DNA of 45,165 nucleotides from a virus. The stretch spans positions 1 to 45,165 of IMG/VR virus record IMGVR_UViG_3300037126_000044; one strand, written 5' to 3'. The notes under the pieces are model-generated. The model ran no database searches. It was given only the letters and a program-made list of their open reading frames with translations, and was not told the DNA's origin. Position numbers and translations under genes: made by a program. Positions 1-8,221 of the stretch are shown piece after piece; positions within the stretch are counted from its first letter, which is position 1, and every line of letters starts with the position of its first letter.

Positions 1-127
1 TCGCTCTGGGGCTCGCTCAGTGACTCGCTCTGGGAATCGCTCAGGGTCTCGCTCGGGGGTTCGCTCAGTGACTCGCTCTGGAAATCGATCAAGAACTCGA
101 TCAGGGATTCGCTTTGGGACACTGGAT
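1..127. repeat. Terminal overlap: exact copy of 45039-45165. The window is a circularly closed or terminally redundant genome with a unique length of 45038 bp.
   Basis: Read directly. Both stretches begin tcgctctggggctcgctcagtgac and end gattcgctttgggacactggat. The ORF opening at 44772 continues in frame from 45165 into base 128. Confidence 0.9.
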
Positions 128-339
128 GGCTCGCGTTTTATTCGTTTTGCGCCGAGGAGCTAAAGATTAAAATTGATGATTCAACGCACGAAAAACTGCG
201 ATTGCACAACGAGATCGCTGCGTCCTGCTTTGCTCTCTGGATAGTACCAGGAACGATAATTCTATGCGAGAGACCGAGTAGAATTAAGATCATAGATGGC
301 AATGTCATTGATATTGAGTTCGACAAGACACATGGATGA
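1..339 (+). CDS. C-terminal part of tetrapeptide-repeat protein copy A. The gene wraps the junction: 44772..45165 joined to 128..339, about 201 aa.
   Basis: Frame 1 is open from base 1 to TGA at 337-339. It encodes ...SLWDTGWLAFYSFCAEELKIKIDDSTHEKLRLHNEIAASCFALWIVPGTIILCERP..., nearly identical to the C-terminus of the 1951..2553 product. It is missing from the ORF track because no start codon lies at this end. Confidence 0.8.
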   Translation, partial: SLWGSLSDSLWESLRVSLGGSLSDSLWKSIKNSIRDSLWDTGWLAFYSFCAEELKIKIDDSTHEKLRLHNEIAASCFALWIVPGTIILCERPSRIKIIDGNVIDIEFDKTHG

Positions 340-382
340 TAGAGGATGGCTTCTCTTGGTTATTTTTTTTTGAAGATAAGAT

Positions 383-637
383 ATGAAAATATTAAACAAA
401 GTAAAAAAGGCACTCGAGAAAATAATGAAAAATGCATCCATGAGTCTTGAGGTAGAAACAGGATGCTATATTTGTGAATCAGTCATGTCGACACAGATCG
501 ACGATGGTCAAACTGGAATCACTTTAACTGGTACTGATTTTATGGAATTCGTGACCATCATCGAGTTGTGTGATAGCCTAACCTACTCGTCTGCGACGCG
601 AAACCGAAACGGAGATCATAATGAAAAAGTGTCATAG
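383..637 (+). CDS. hypothetical protein (84 aa)
   Basis: ATG ORF in the co-directional early block; no motif recognised. Confidence 0.5.
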   Translation: MKILNKVKKALEKIMKNASMSLEVETGCYICESVMSTQIDDGQTGITLTGTDFMEFVTIIELCDSLTYSSATRNRNGDHNEKVS

Positions 638-833
638 ATGGATATTCGACAGTCTAGAAACAGATTATTCACAATGCAAATGTGAACATTGTGGATTACA
701 AAAAAGATTCTATGAGAGGAGAAGCGAGCGAGCCTCTGGTGGAACAACACTTGACGAATGCATCTTGGTAAATGGTGAATGGAAAAGACTGTATGAAAAT
801 GGATTGAAAATGCCAACATGCAAAAGGATTTAG
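621..833 (+). CDS. small Cys-rich protein (70 aa), possible zinc ribbon
   Basis: GGAG lies 6 nt upstream of the ATG. Cysteine pairs CKCEHC and a distal C are present. It overlaps the previous ORF by 17 nt. Confidence 0.55.
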   Translation: MKKCHRWIFDSLETDYSQCKCEHCGLQKRFYERRSERASGGTTLDECILVNGEWKRLYENGLKMPTCKRI

Positions 834-1288
834 AAATGATTAGAAGAACAAAACCTATGCGACAGGAAATAAAAGAAATGGAAAATAACATTTACAATGC
901 AGAGAGAAAAATTAGAGAGAAACAGAATAGAGAAATGTACGGTGATGGAATTGATTTTATCAAAGGTGCAATATCTGCTATTATTGTTATTGGAATTTTT
1001 CTTCTTGTAATTTCTCTGTTTGGTTGTGGCGCGATACAGATCGAACCACACGAGACAGTGGCGACATGTGAGAAATTACAGGAGCACCTTGTAGAAGTTG
1101 GTTGCTTTTACAATGAGAAATGCTACTGGATGGTCCAGGAAATCGTCGAAAAAAATATATCAACCAGAATTCCGGAATCAGTTGACTTTGATATTTACTG
1201 CGACATCGCTCTGATGTCCGGATTGCTACCGGTGGATTGTCTGATGGAGGCGACCACCATCGCCGGGGTTCGAGCCTGCATCGAATAA
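818..1288 (+). CDS. membrane protein (156 aa) with one hydrophobic helix ending in a lipobox-like LFGC
   Basis: Hydrophobic segment AISAIIVIGIFLLVISLFGCG follows a charged N-terminal region. The start could be the internal Met before this helix. Confidence 0.5.
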   Translation: MQKDLEMIRRTKPMRQEIKEMENNIYNAERKIREKQNREMYGDGIDFIKGAISAIIVIGIFLLVISLFGCGAIQIEPHETVATCEKLQEHLVEVGCFYNEKCYWMVQEIVEKNISTRIPESVDFDIYCDIALMSGLLPVDCLMEATTIAGVRACIE

Positions 1289-1311
1289 TAAAAACAAAAG
1301 TTAGAGACGCC

Positions 1312-1944
1312 ATGTCACAGAAAAAAATAGATCTAGAGTCATTGTCTAACAGGATAATGCTTCTTTTGGTTCAGTTCCAGGCGCGAACCGAATCTGGCAG
1401 TCTAGGTGATGGTCTCGTGTGGACCGCCGAGATGATTGCTGAACAATTAAGAATATCAACGGCTGATGTCTCTGTCGCTCTTATCGGTCTGCTAAAGCTT
1501 GGCTACGTCGAGCAACGTGGCAAAGAGTGGGTCAAGACTATCGACGGCGAGATACTCTTCTTGGAAGAAATAAAAGATACCAGAATAAGAACGTCATCAG
1601 TAGAATTTCGAGACGAGGCGCTGACCGGAATGGCCAAGGGTGGTAACGAAAGCAAACTCACCAGGGCTGCACTGCCATCACTTTCAGAATCATCTCATGG
1701 ACACAGAAATAAAGAAGAAGATGAAGCCATCAAAGTATCCATGAGATCGTCTGCCATTCGAACAATTGCCAGAGATCTTGACATGAGCCCTGATGATGTT
1801 GCGGATGGGCTCAGAACGGGTCGCGTCGGTAGATGCAAGGGGATTGATGGTGTCGGACACTGGGGCATTTTTCACAAGCGTTCAGAGGGTGGTTGGAAGC
1901 ATCTCTGTAAGAGATGTTTAAACAAAAACAGAAATAGAAAGTAG
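1312..1944 (+). CDS. putative winged-helix DNA-binding protein (210 aa)
   Basis: ATG at 1312 inside the 1237 ORF. The segment AEQLRISTADVSVALIGLLKLGYVEQRG looks like an HTH plus wing. The C-terminus is basic and Cys-containing. Confidence 0.45.
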   Translation: MSQKKIDLESLSNRIMLLLVQFQARTESGSLGDGLVWTAEMIAEQLRISTADVSVALIGLLKLGYVEQRGKEWVKTIDGEILFLEEIKDTRIRTSSVEFRDEALTGMAKGGNESKLTRAALPSLSESSHGHRNKEEDEAIKVSMRSSAIRTIARDLDMSPDDVADGLRTGRVGRCKGIDGVGHWGIFHKRSEGGWKHLCKRCLNKNRNRK

Positions 1945-1950
1945 AGAGAT

Positions 1951-2553
1951 ATGAAAATAGAAAAACTGACAAAAGAGCAAGAAGACAAGATCGAAGAATA
2001 TCGTGAGAAGTATTTCGGGCAGGCGGTGTCTACTGAACCTGCAGATCGGCCTCGAGCCGAGGCTGCAGCGCGTAAAATGGCGGAGATCGCAGATGTAGAA
2101 ATAAACTCGGTAAAATGGGTCAATTCGCCAAAACAAGGGGCCTCGCTGTGGGAATCGCTTTTGAACTCGCTCAGGGCCTTGCTCAGTAACTCGCTCTGGG
2201 AATCGCTCAGTGACTCGCTCGGGGCCTCACTCTGGGACTCGCTCTTGACCTCACTCTGGGACTCGCTCAGTGACTCGCTTAGGGACTCGCTTAGGGACTC
2301 GCTTAGGGACTCGCTCTTGATCTCGCTTTGGGATTCGCTTTGGGACACTGGATGGCTCGCGTTTTATTCGTTTTGTGCCGAGGAGCTAAAGATCAAAATT
2401 GATGATTCAACGCACGAAAAACTGCGATTGCACAACGAGATCGCTGCGTCCTGCTTTGCTCTCTGGATAGTACCAGGAACAATCATTCTATGCGAGAGGC
2501 CGAAATCTGTCGAAATCGTAGATGACAAATTGGTCGGAATTGAGTGGCGGTAG
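1951..2553 (+). CDS. tetrapeptide-repeat protein copy B (200 aa): conserved N-terminal domain, 17 S-L-x-x repeats, conserved C-terminal domain
   Basis: ORF track. Repeats run SLWE SLLN SLRA ... SLWD, followed by TGWLAFYSFCAEEL...CERP. From memory this resembles the S-V-W-D repeat proteins with a WLAFYDF...ERP tail (DUF6745-like); not verified. Confidence 0.8.
   Translation: MKIEKLTKEQEDKIEEYREKYFGQAVSTEPADRPRAEAAARKMAEIADVEINSVKWVNSPKQGASLWESLLNSLRALLSNSLWESLSDSLGASLWDSLLTSLWDSLSDSLRDSLRDSLRDSLLISLWDSLWDTGWLAFYSFCAEELKIKIDDSTHEKLRLHNEIAASCFALWIVPGTIILCERPKSVEIVDDKLVGIEWR
2143..2346 (+). repeat. Tandem array of 17 x 12 nt (consensus tcgctcnnngac) inside CDS 1951..2553
   Basis: Counted codon by codon: 204 nt, in frame, each unit encodes S-L/I-x-x. 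Confidence 0.9.
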
Positions 2554-2577
2554 AGTCAGAACTAGAAAGACAAGCAA

Positions 2578-2949
2578 ATGAAAGATTTTACAAAAGGAAA
2601 ACTTGCCGAAATCGGGGTGATGCGGCGTGATCGTGATACTAATGGATGGGTTGTTGACTATAAGACGTTAGAAAAGATCACCGCCAAAGCCTGCCAAATC
2701 GAGCCGGTATCTATGGAGGAAACCGAGGCTGTTATTCTGGCATTGGTTTCTGTGAACGAGTTTATTCAACATCTCATCAAGCTCCAAGAATCCCGCACTG
2801 GGAAACCGAACAATCGACACAAGTTGAGATTTTTACTCCAATGGATTCACGAGGAATGCAAGTTGCGATGGCCGAACGTGAGCAAGCGAGAGATTTGGGA
2901 TATAGTCAAAAAAATCGATGGGTACGATTTTGAAAGGGGCAAGGAATGA
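2578..2949 (+). CDS. hypothetical protein (123 aa)
   Basis: ATG ORF; its stop overlaps the next start (ATGA at 2946). Confidence 0.6.
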   Translation: MKDFTKGKLAEIGVMRRDRDTNGWVVDYKTLEKITAKACQIEPVSMEETEAVILALVSVNEFIQHLIKLQESRTGKPNNRHKLRFLLQWIHEECKLRWPNVSKREIWDIVKKIDGYDFERGKE

Positions 2950-3158
2950 TTGATCCATATCAATTCGAAGAGCGTATCTGCATCTGCATCGAATCTGGTA
3001 TGTCGCGACGTGATGCAGAGAGAGTCGTCGCAAAGCAGTTTTTCGGATCTTGCAATCTGCCAACCAATGATGACAAGGCCGATGCTAACCGGCTTGGGTG
3101 GTCGAAGTTGAAGATGTTCCGAACTATGAACCAGGAAGGATTTAGAGAATGGCGATAG
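2946..3158 (+). CDS. hypothetical protein (70 aa)
   Basis: Translationally coupled to its neighbours on both sides. Confidence 0.55.
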   Translation: MIDPYQFEERICICIESGMSRRDAERVVAKQFFGSCNLPTNDDKADANRLGWSKLKMFRTMNQEGFREWR

Positions 3159-3472
3159 ATCATGAATACACAGACGAAATAGTATGCCCGTATTGTGGCG
3201 CTGAGTTCTCTGACTCATGGGAGTTTAGAGACGACGATTACCCAGAATGCGATTGCGGCAAAAAGTTCATATCCAGAAGAAATACTTGTGTGAGTTACAT
3301 AACGGAAAAATGCCCATGTCTGAACGGAGAAGCACCGCACGTCTGGCGCAGCATGGAAGTCGAATTTGCTGGAGATTTATTATACAAGAATCAATACATG
3401 TGTCACAAATGCGATTCCGAAAGAGAATTTCCAGGCGAAACAAGAACTGAGTTTGAGGCGTTTGATGAATAA
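3149..3472 (+). CDS. zinc-ribbon protein (107 aa)
   Basis: Motifs CPYCG, CDCG, C..C and CHKCD. Confidence 0.6.
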   Translation: MAIDHEYTDEIVCPYCGAEFSDSWEFRDDDYPECDCGKKFISRRNTCVSYITEKCPCLNGEAPHVWRSMEVEFAGDLLYKNQYMCHKCDSEREFPGETRTEFEAFDE

Positions 3473-3507
3473 CCGCAATACGAAAATACATTGAGATAAA
3501 TTTAAAA

Positions 3508-4392
3508 ATGGAAAATCATATTGTAAATGTAGAATTTCACGGTGGACATATTGAAGCCGTGCAACGTGGTGAATATGTTTGGGTTTCTGTCCGAAGGGCT
3601 TGCGAACACCTCGGGATTGACGTAGAGGGGCAACGACAGAAACTTGCAAATCCTGAAAGAACACCATGGTCAACTGCCTGTGTGATAAAGGCGGTTGCGG
3701 AAGATGGTAAAATCAGGGAGCAATTCATGCTTCATCTAGACTCTGTTCCGATGTGGTTGGCGACTATCGACGCCGGTAGGGTGAGACCAGAGGCCAAGGA
3801 GCTCCTCATCGCCTATCAGAAGGAAGCGGCCAGGGTTCTTAGAGACCACTTCTTCGGAAAACCCCAATCTCCAATCGACAAGATGGCAAAGATGAAAACA
3901 TCCGAACTACTCTTGTTGGCGGCAGAACAGGCGGAACAGCGCGAAATCGCCGAAGCAAAGGCGAAATCAGAAATGAAAGGACGGTTGCTGGCCGAAAGAA
4001 CCATTTATGAGTTGAAACCATTCGCCGATGTAGGGAAAAGCATGTGTGATGCAAATGGACTATACACGATAGGAGAATTTGCCAAGGCAATAAAGACAAA
4101 CGGTGAACCATGGGGCAGAACAAGGATGTTTGAGTTTTTGCGAGAAATAAAGTGTTGTTTTCGCAACAATGTAAGAAAGGGCGAAAACGAACCATATCAA
4201 TATCATGTCAATAGTGGCAGGTTTGTATTCAAAATACAAACAGTGAAAAATAAAAATGGTCAAGCCTGCTCATATGGACAGACGCTTATTACACCAAAGG
4301 GTATTGGATACGTTATAAGTAAGCTTAAAAGTAGATACAATGGATTGTTTGGAGTTGAAGTTAGTAAAGATTTTCAAAATATAATCGATTGA
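3508..4392 (+). CDS. phage antirepressor (P22 AR N-terminal domain plus KilA-C/ANT-like C-terminal domain)
   Basis: N-terminus: FHGGHIEAVQRGEYVWVSVRRACEHLGIDVEGQRQKL...MLHLDSVPMWLATIDAGRV...YQKEAARVLRDHF. C-terminus: YTIGEFAKAI...GRTRMFEFLRE...EPYQYHVNSGRF. Both recognised from family memory. Confidence 0.7.
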   Translation: MENHIVNVEFHGGHIEAVQRGEYVWVSVRRACEHLGIDVEGQRQKLANPERTPWSTACVIKAVAEDGKIREQFMLHLDSVPMWLATIDAGRVRPEAKELLIAYQKEAARVLRDHFFGKPQSPIDKMAKMKTSELLLLAAEQAEQREIAEAKAKSEMKGRLLAERTIYELKPFADVGKSMCDANGLYTIGEFAKAIKTNGEPWGRTRMFEFLREIKCCFRNNVRKGENEPYQYHVNSGRFVFKIQTVKNKNGQACSYGQTLITPKGIGYVISKLKSRYNGLFGVEVSKDFQNIID

Positions 4393-4401
4393 TAAAAAAA
4401 G

Positions 4402-4430
4402 TTGACAAAATGCTTACCATTTTTTAGGCT
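4402..4430 (+). promoter_or_regulatory. sigma70-like promoter ahead of the packaging and structural genes
   Basis: TTGACA (4402-4407), 17-nt spacer, TAGGCT (4425-4430). It lies in the only sizeable gap between the early block and the ParB-like gene. Confidence 0.45.
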
Positions 4431-4608
4431 CCTATTAGGGAGAGTTGCGAGTGAAACGAGCAACGAATCCCGCAACCTATCGAAATCATAAAACTAACTC
4501 GCGATTTGCCGTAGGCAAGAGACTGAACGAAAAGCTCGGTTTCAGAAGATAGTAACGATGTTGTTGTTGACGTCGTTTTTACCCCCGCGCGTATGGACGA
4601 TAGGAGTC

Positions 4609-5133
4609 ATGCAGTATCACTGCGAATACACAGAGTTGGTCGACCCGAAGACCTTGAAGCCCCACCCCAAGAACGCGAATAAGCACCCGCAGAGCCAGGT
4701 GAAAGCCCTGGCAGAGGTGATAGCGCGTATCGGATGGCGCCGGTGTATCGTTGTCTCGAATCGGTCTGGCTACATCGTTGCAGGTCACTGTAGCACCATG
4801 TCGGGGATTGAGCTCGGTTGCCAGGTCCCAATCGACTATCAGGATTTCGCCAACGAGACAGAGGAGCTCGACTTCCTCATGGCCGACAATATTATCCCCG
4901 AACTGGCAGAGTGGGACGCATCACTAAAACTGTCCAATCTCGAAGAATTGAAGCTTGAGGATATCAGTTTTGATGTTGAGAATCTGACGCCGCAGAGCGA
5001 ATCAAGTGAAAAGGAAATTGACCCTGAAAAACGTCTCATCGTCGAAGTGGAGTGCTCATCTGAGTTGGAGCAACACGAGGTGTTCGATATGCTTACATCG
5101 CGCGGCTACAAATGCAAAGTCATGGGGATTTGA
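4609..5133 (+). CDS. ParB-like nuclease domain protein (174 aa)
   Basis: LKPHPKNANKHP ... GWRRCIVVSNRSGYIVAGH ... LMADNI pattern typical of the ParB/Srx fold. ATG 4609 follows AGGAG with an unusually short spacer; ATG 4558 is an alternative start. Confidence 0.65.
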   Translation: MQYHCEYTELVDPKTLKPHPKNANKHPQSQVKALAEVIARIGWRRCIVVSNRSGYIVAGHCSTMSGIELGCQVPIDYQDFANETEELDFLMADNIIPELAEWDASLKLSNLEELKLEDISFDVENLTPQSESSEKEIDPEKRLIVEVECSSELEQHEVFDMLTSRGYKCKVMGI

Positions 5134-5135
5134 AG

Positions 5136-5816
5136 ATGAGATTCGACATAAAAAGACAATCGAAAGTTGATGAATCATCCTTCCGCGTAGCTTTCGTGAA
5201 AGGCAGATTTGATCTTGAAGTCGAGAAAATACAAGAACATTTTGAAGGTGATATTTTAATTCCGGAGAATTGGCAGATTGGTATCATATATGGCGGTAGC
5301 GGAACAGGAAAGACGACAATATCCAAGGAGATGTTTGGGGACGAATACGTCAGCATCCAGGACTATTCAGCAGAAAGCGTTGTCGATGATATGCCGACAG
5401 GAAAGACAATGGAAGACATCACCAAGATGTTCGTCTCTGTCGGCTTTGGCAGTACACCTTCATGGTTGAAGCCTTACTCGGTATTGAGCAACGGCGAAAA
5501 GATGCGCGTCGACTTGGCGCGAGCGCTGTTGTCCAGACAAGATCTGATTGTGTTTGACGAGTTCACGTCTGTGGTTGATCGACACATAGCAAAAATTGGT
5601 TCCATGTGCGTGTCGAAGGCTGTTCGACGCTCTGATAAGCAGTTTGTGGCGGTTTCCTGTCATGATGACATTCTTGAATGGCTTGAGCCAGACTGGGCGT
5701 TCTGCACTGACACTATGACTATGATTGATATTAAAAAAAAAGACCACCGCTCAAGCTTGAGGTTTTCGAGTACGATAGAAAAGCGTGGGGACTGTTTAGC
5801 CGCCATCACTATTTGA
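5136..5816 (+). CDS. ABC-type ATPase domain protein. The last 25 codons after the A9 run look out of frame.
   Basis: Walker A GGSGTGKTT, signature-like LSNGEKMR and Walker B LIVFDEFTS. GGGGA lies 7 nt upstream of the ATG. Confidence 0.7.
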   Translation: MRFDIKRQSKVDESSFRVAFVKGRFDLEVEKIQEHFEGDILIPENWQIGIIYGGSGTGKTTISKEMFGDEYVSIQDYSAESVVDDMPTGKTMEDITKMFVSVGFGSTPSWLKPYSVLSNGEKMRVDLARALLSRQDLIVFDEFTSVVDRHIAKIGSMCVSKAVRRSDKQFVAVSCHDDILEWLEPDWAFCTDTMTMIDIKKKDHRSSLRFSSTIEKRGDCLAAITI

Positions 5817-6190
5817 GCAATAGGCTTCAATCGAATGCTCGCTGTTTTGTTGGAATGATTGATGATCGTCCGGCCGCTTTTGTTTCGACGAGTCGATTTC
5901 CTCATGCCACCGTGAAGAATATGATGATGCTGAGTAGGGTTGTGGTGATTCCCGACTTTCAGGGTATAGGCGTTGCGATAAAAACCATAAATGTTGTAGC
6001 TAAAATGTTTCATGAACGAAGTCAAAGAGTAAGAATAACCACGTCTCATCCTGGAATGATTTCGTCTCTAAAAAGAAATGATAACTGGTGCTGCAAATTT
6101 CGAGGCAGAAAAGGTAGACACAGAGGGACTGTATCAGGAAAGGGATCCTCTGGTCGAATAACAACGTCCTGGGAGTATAAACAAATCTGA
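5735..6190 (+). CDS. GNAT acetyltransferase domain in the -1 frame, probably a continuation of the ATPase gene
   Basis: The frame is open from 5735 and reads KKRPPLKLEVFEYDRKAWGLFSRHHYLSNRLQ... through RVVVIPDFQGIGVA (GNAT motif A). The first ATG is only at 5813, which would truncate the domain. Confidence 0.6.
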   Translation, partial: KKRPPLKLEVFEYDRKAWGLFSRHHYLSNRLQSNARCFVGMIDDRPAAFVSTSRFPHATVKNMMMLSRVVVIPDFQGIGVAIKTINVVAKMFHERSQRVRITTSHPGMISSLKRNDNWCCKFRGRKGRHRGTVSGKGSSGRITTSWEYKQI

Positions 6191-6227
6191 TACCCTCGTG
6201 GTTCCTCGAAAGGAAGTGGGTAGGCGA

Positions 6228-6539
6228 ATGCCGATTGACAAGAGACAGCGTGCGGTAGACGCTCTGACGAAGAAAATCAAAGCTGGGAAGCGACTCAGCG
6301 AGAAGGACGTCAGAGAAACTCTATATCTTGCCCGTGACTACGCCCTGCTTTATATGGCGACGGAACTCGTTTCGGGTAAGATCATCGAGAAAGCTCGCGT
6401 CCGAGTTTACAACGCTCTGCAGAATGCCGTGGAACGTCACGAGATCATGCATCCGGCTGAACGCAATGCTGAGCCGATCACCATCGGTTACGATCTGGAG
6501 CTACCCGTCAGAGGCGACAGCGAGGAAATAGAGGCATAA
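6228..6539 (+). CDS. candidate small terminase subunit (103 aa), assigned by position only
   Basis: AAGGAAG upstream of ATG 6228. It sits immediately upstream of TerL. Helical, basic N-terminus. Confidence 0.4.
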   Translation: MPIDKRQRAVDALTKKIKAGKRLSEKDVRETLYLARDYALLYMATELVSGKIIEKARVRVYNALQNAVERHEIMHPAERNAEPITIGYDLELPVRGDSEEIEA

Positions 6540-6540
6540 T

Positions 6541-7917
6541 GTGCCTCGCTATACCCTTCGGGGTATCGGACCCCCACATCCGAAACAGCAAGAGATAATC
6601 TCGTACCTGCTTGAGCCGAAGCCCGACTTTGTGAAGCAAGTCGATGTGATGTGCGGACGTGGGTTCGGGAAGTCCACCTTTTCGATTGACTTCGCAACTC
6701 GGGTTTTATCCAAGGACGAGAATCAGTGCATTCTGTTTCTTGAACCGGACAAGAACCGAATGGAGAACACCTTTCTCGCCGAGTGGAGGAAGATTGTCCC
6801 GCACGAGCTCTATACGCTCAACTACGGGAAGCGGACGATTCTGTGGAAGCCGACGGGGTCGAAACTCATCTTCTGGCATCGAGACAGGCGCGGGAACAGA
6901 GAAGTCCGCGCCGAGATGTTCAACGGGCTCAACCTCACTGGCGTGATTGACGACGAGGCAGCTCTCGGATTCCTGCTCGAGCAGCAGCAAAACACCTTCA
7001 ACTGCATCCGAGTATTTTCTGACGTTCAGTTCTATCTGACAATCACCACGCCGCGTGTCGGGGAATACGGACGGTTCATCAAGCGTGAGGGCCACAAGGT
7101 CTTTCGCGGTACGTCATACGACAACGTCTACATCTCAAAAGAGAAGATAGACAAGATGGCTGCTAACATGTCCCGCGACCAGGTAAGTCGCGAGATATAC
7201 GGCGAGCTCATCGCTCTCGAGGGACGGATCTTCAGAGAAGCGCTGGTAGATGTCGATGAAATAATGCACCAATGGCCCGATGGCAATGTCCACTACGAGC
7301 ACGATAGCTTTCGGCATGGCCAGCCATGGTGGTTATTTGCGGATCTTGGTAGCGCAACCGGCGCCTACGTGGTTGTACAGCGAGAGCCTGCGCCACCTGG
7401 ATGGGGTGGCCATATTTGGGTTGCTGTCGCAGACTATTGCCCACAGGCGGATGCATCGGCATCGAGGGCACTTCAACGACTCGATGCCGAGTTTGGGCCA
7501 CCTCGGGCAGTGATTGCGGGTCAGGATGTCAACACCCGATCGTCAGCGGACGGAACAACAGTTGCAAATATCGTTGACCAGATTTGGGGATTCGTTCCGG
7601 TTATGCCGGTGAGCGAGGCGCGTGCGAACAAGCAGCTCCAATATGACCGGATGATCTATCTCTTGAATTCGAGCGGTGATCGCCGGCGCTTTTGTGTCGC
7701 GAAGAAATTCAGAAACCTGGATGTCGACAGCAAGCGCGGCGTCATAGAATGCCTACAGGAATACGAGCACAGGGCGGCTACGGAAAGGCGCAGCGGGGAA
7801 TTCCTCCCGAAGGGGGCCGACCAGCCGCTTTGTCACGTTGCGGATGCTCTCATGATGGGCGCGGTCCAGATAATGGCGCCACCGCGGTGGTTGAAAAGCA
7901 AAGAGCTTGCTAAGTGA
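6541..7917 (+). CDS. terL: terminase large subunit
   Basis: 458 aa. Walker A-like CGRGFGKST and Walker B-like GVIDDEAA. GTG start 6 nt after GAGG. Directly precedes a portal-sized gene. Confidence 0.85.
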   Translation: MPRYTLRGIGPPHPKQQEIISYLLEPKPDFVKQVDVMCGRGFGKSTFSIDFATRVLSKDENQCILFLEPDKNRMENTFLAEWRKIVPHELYTLNYGKRTILWKPTGSKLIFWHRDRRGNREVRAEMFNGLNLTGVIDDEAALGFLLEQQQNTFNCIRVFSDVQFYLTITTPRVGEYGRFIKREGHKVFRGTSYDNVYISKEKIDKMAANMSRDQVSREIYGELIALEGRIFREALVDVDEIMHQWPDGNVHYEHDSFRHGQPWWLFADLGSATGAYVVVQREPAPPGWGGHIWVAVADYCPQADASASRALQRLDAEFGPPRAVIAGQDVNTRSSADGTTVANIVDQIWGFVPVMPVSEARANKQLQYDRMIYLLNSSGDRRRFCVAKKFRNLDVDSKRGVIECLQEYEHRAATERRSGEFLPKGADQPLCHVADALMMGAVQIMAPPRWLKSKELAK

Positions 7918-7954
7918 CACGGCTTATTCGCAGGAACGAAAGGAAAAACCAATA

Positions 7955-8218
7955 ATGTATTTCAAATGCAAACCCGAGACAGTCGCCGGGAATATTAATG
8001 TCGCACAAATTCTGTTTTCCATGGGGAACGTAATTATCGAAAAGATCGTGATGTCCGAGTTGTCCTGGATCGCGATGTTTGGTGATGATCCTGGCACGAA
8101 AGTGACGAAGGATATGAAGATTTGCGGAGTTCCCGTAGAGCTCAATGACGATGCCGGTAAGTATGCTGTCATTTATATCGGCACGAACGCCCCTGCCAAG
8201 AAGAAGATGAAGAAGTAA
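7955..8218 (+). CDS. hypothetical protein (87 aa)
   Basis: AAAGGAAAA upstream of ATG 7955; Lys-rich tail. Confidence 0.55.
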   Translation: MYFKCKPETVAGNINVAQILFSMGNVIIEKIVMSELSWIAMFGDDPGTKVTKDMKICGVPVELNDDAGKYAVIYIGTNAPAKKKMKK

Positions 8219-8221
8219 TCA

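Noticed and set aside
1872-2348. 158-aa minus-strand ORF (SESLSESLSES...) antisense to the repeat gene, and its twin at 44714..45160
   Set aside because: Both are mirror images of the 12-nt tandem arrays, and any period-12 repeat stays open in several frames. The + strand reading has conserved non-repetitive N- and C-terminal domains, a start codon and the operon context. The minus reading has none of these.
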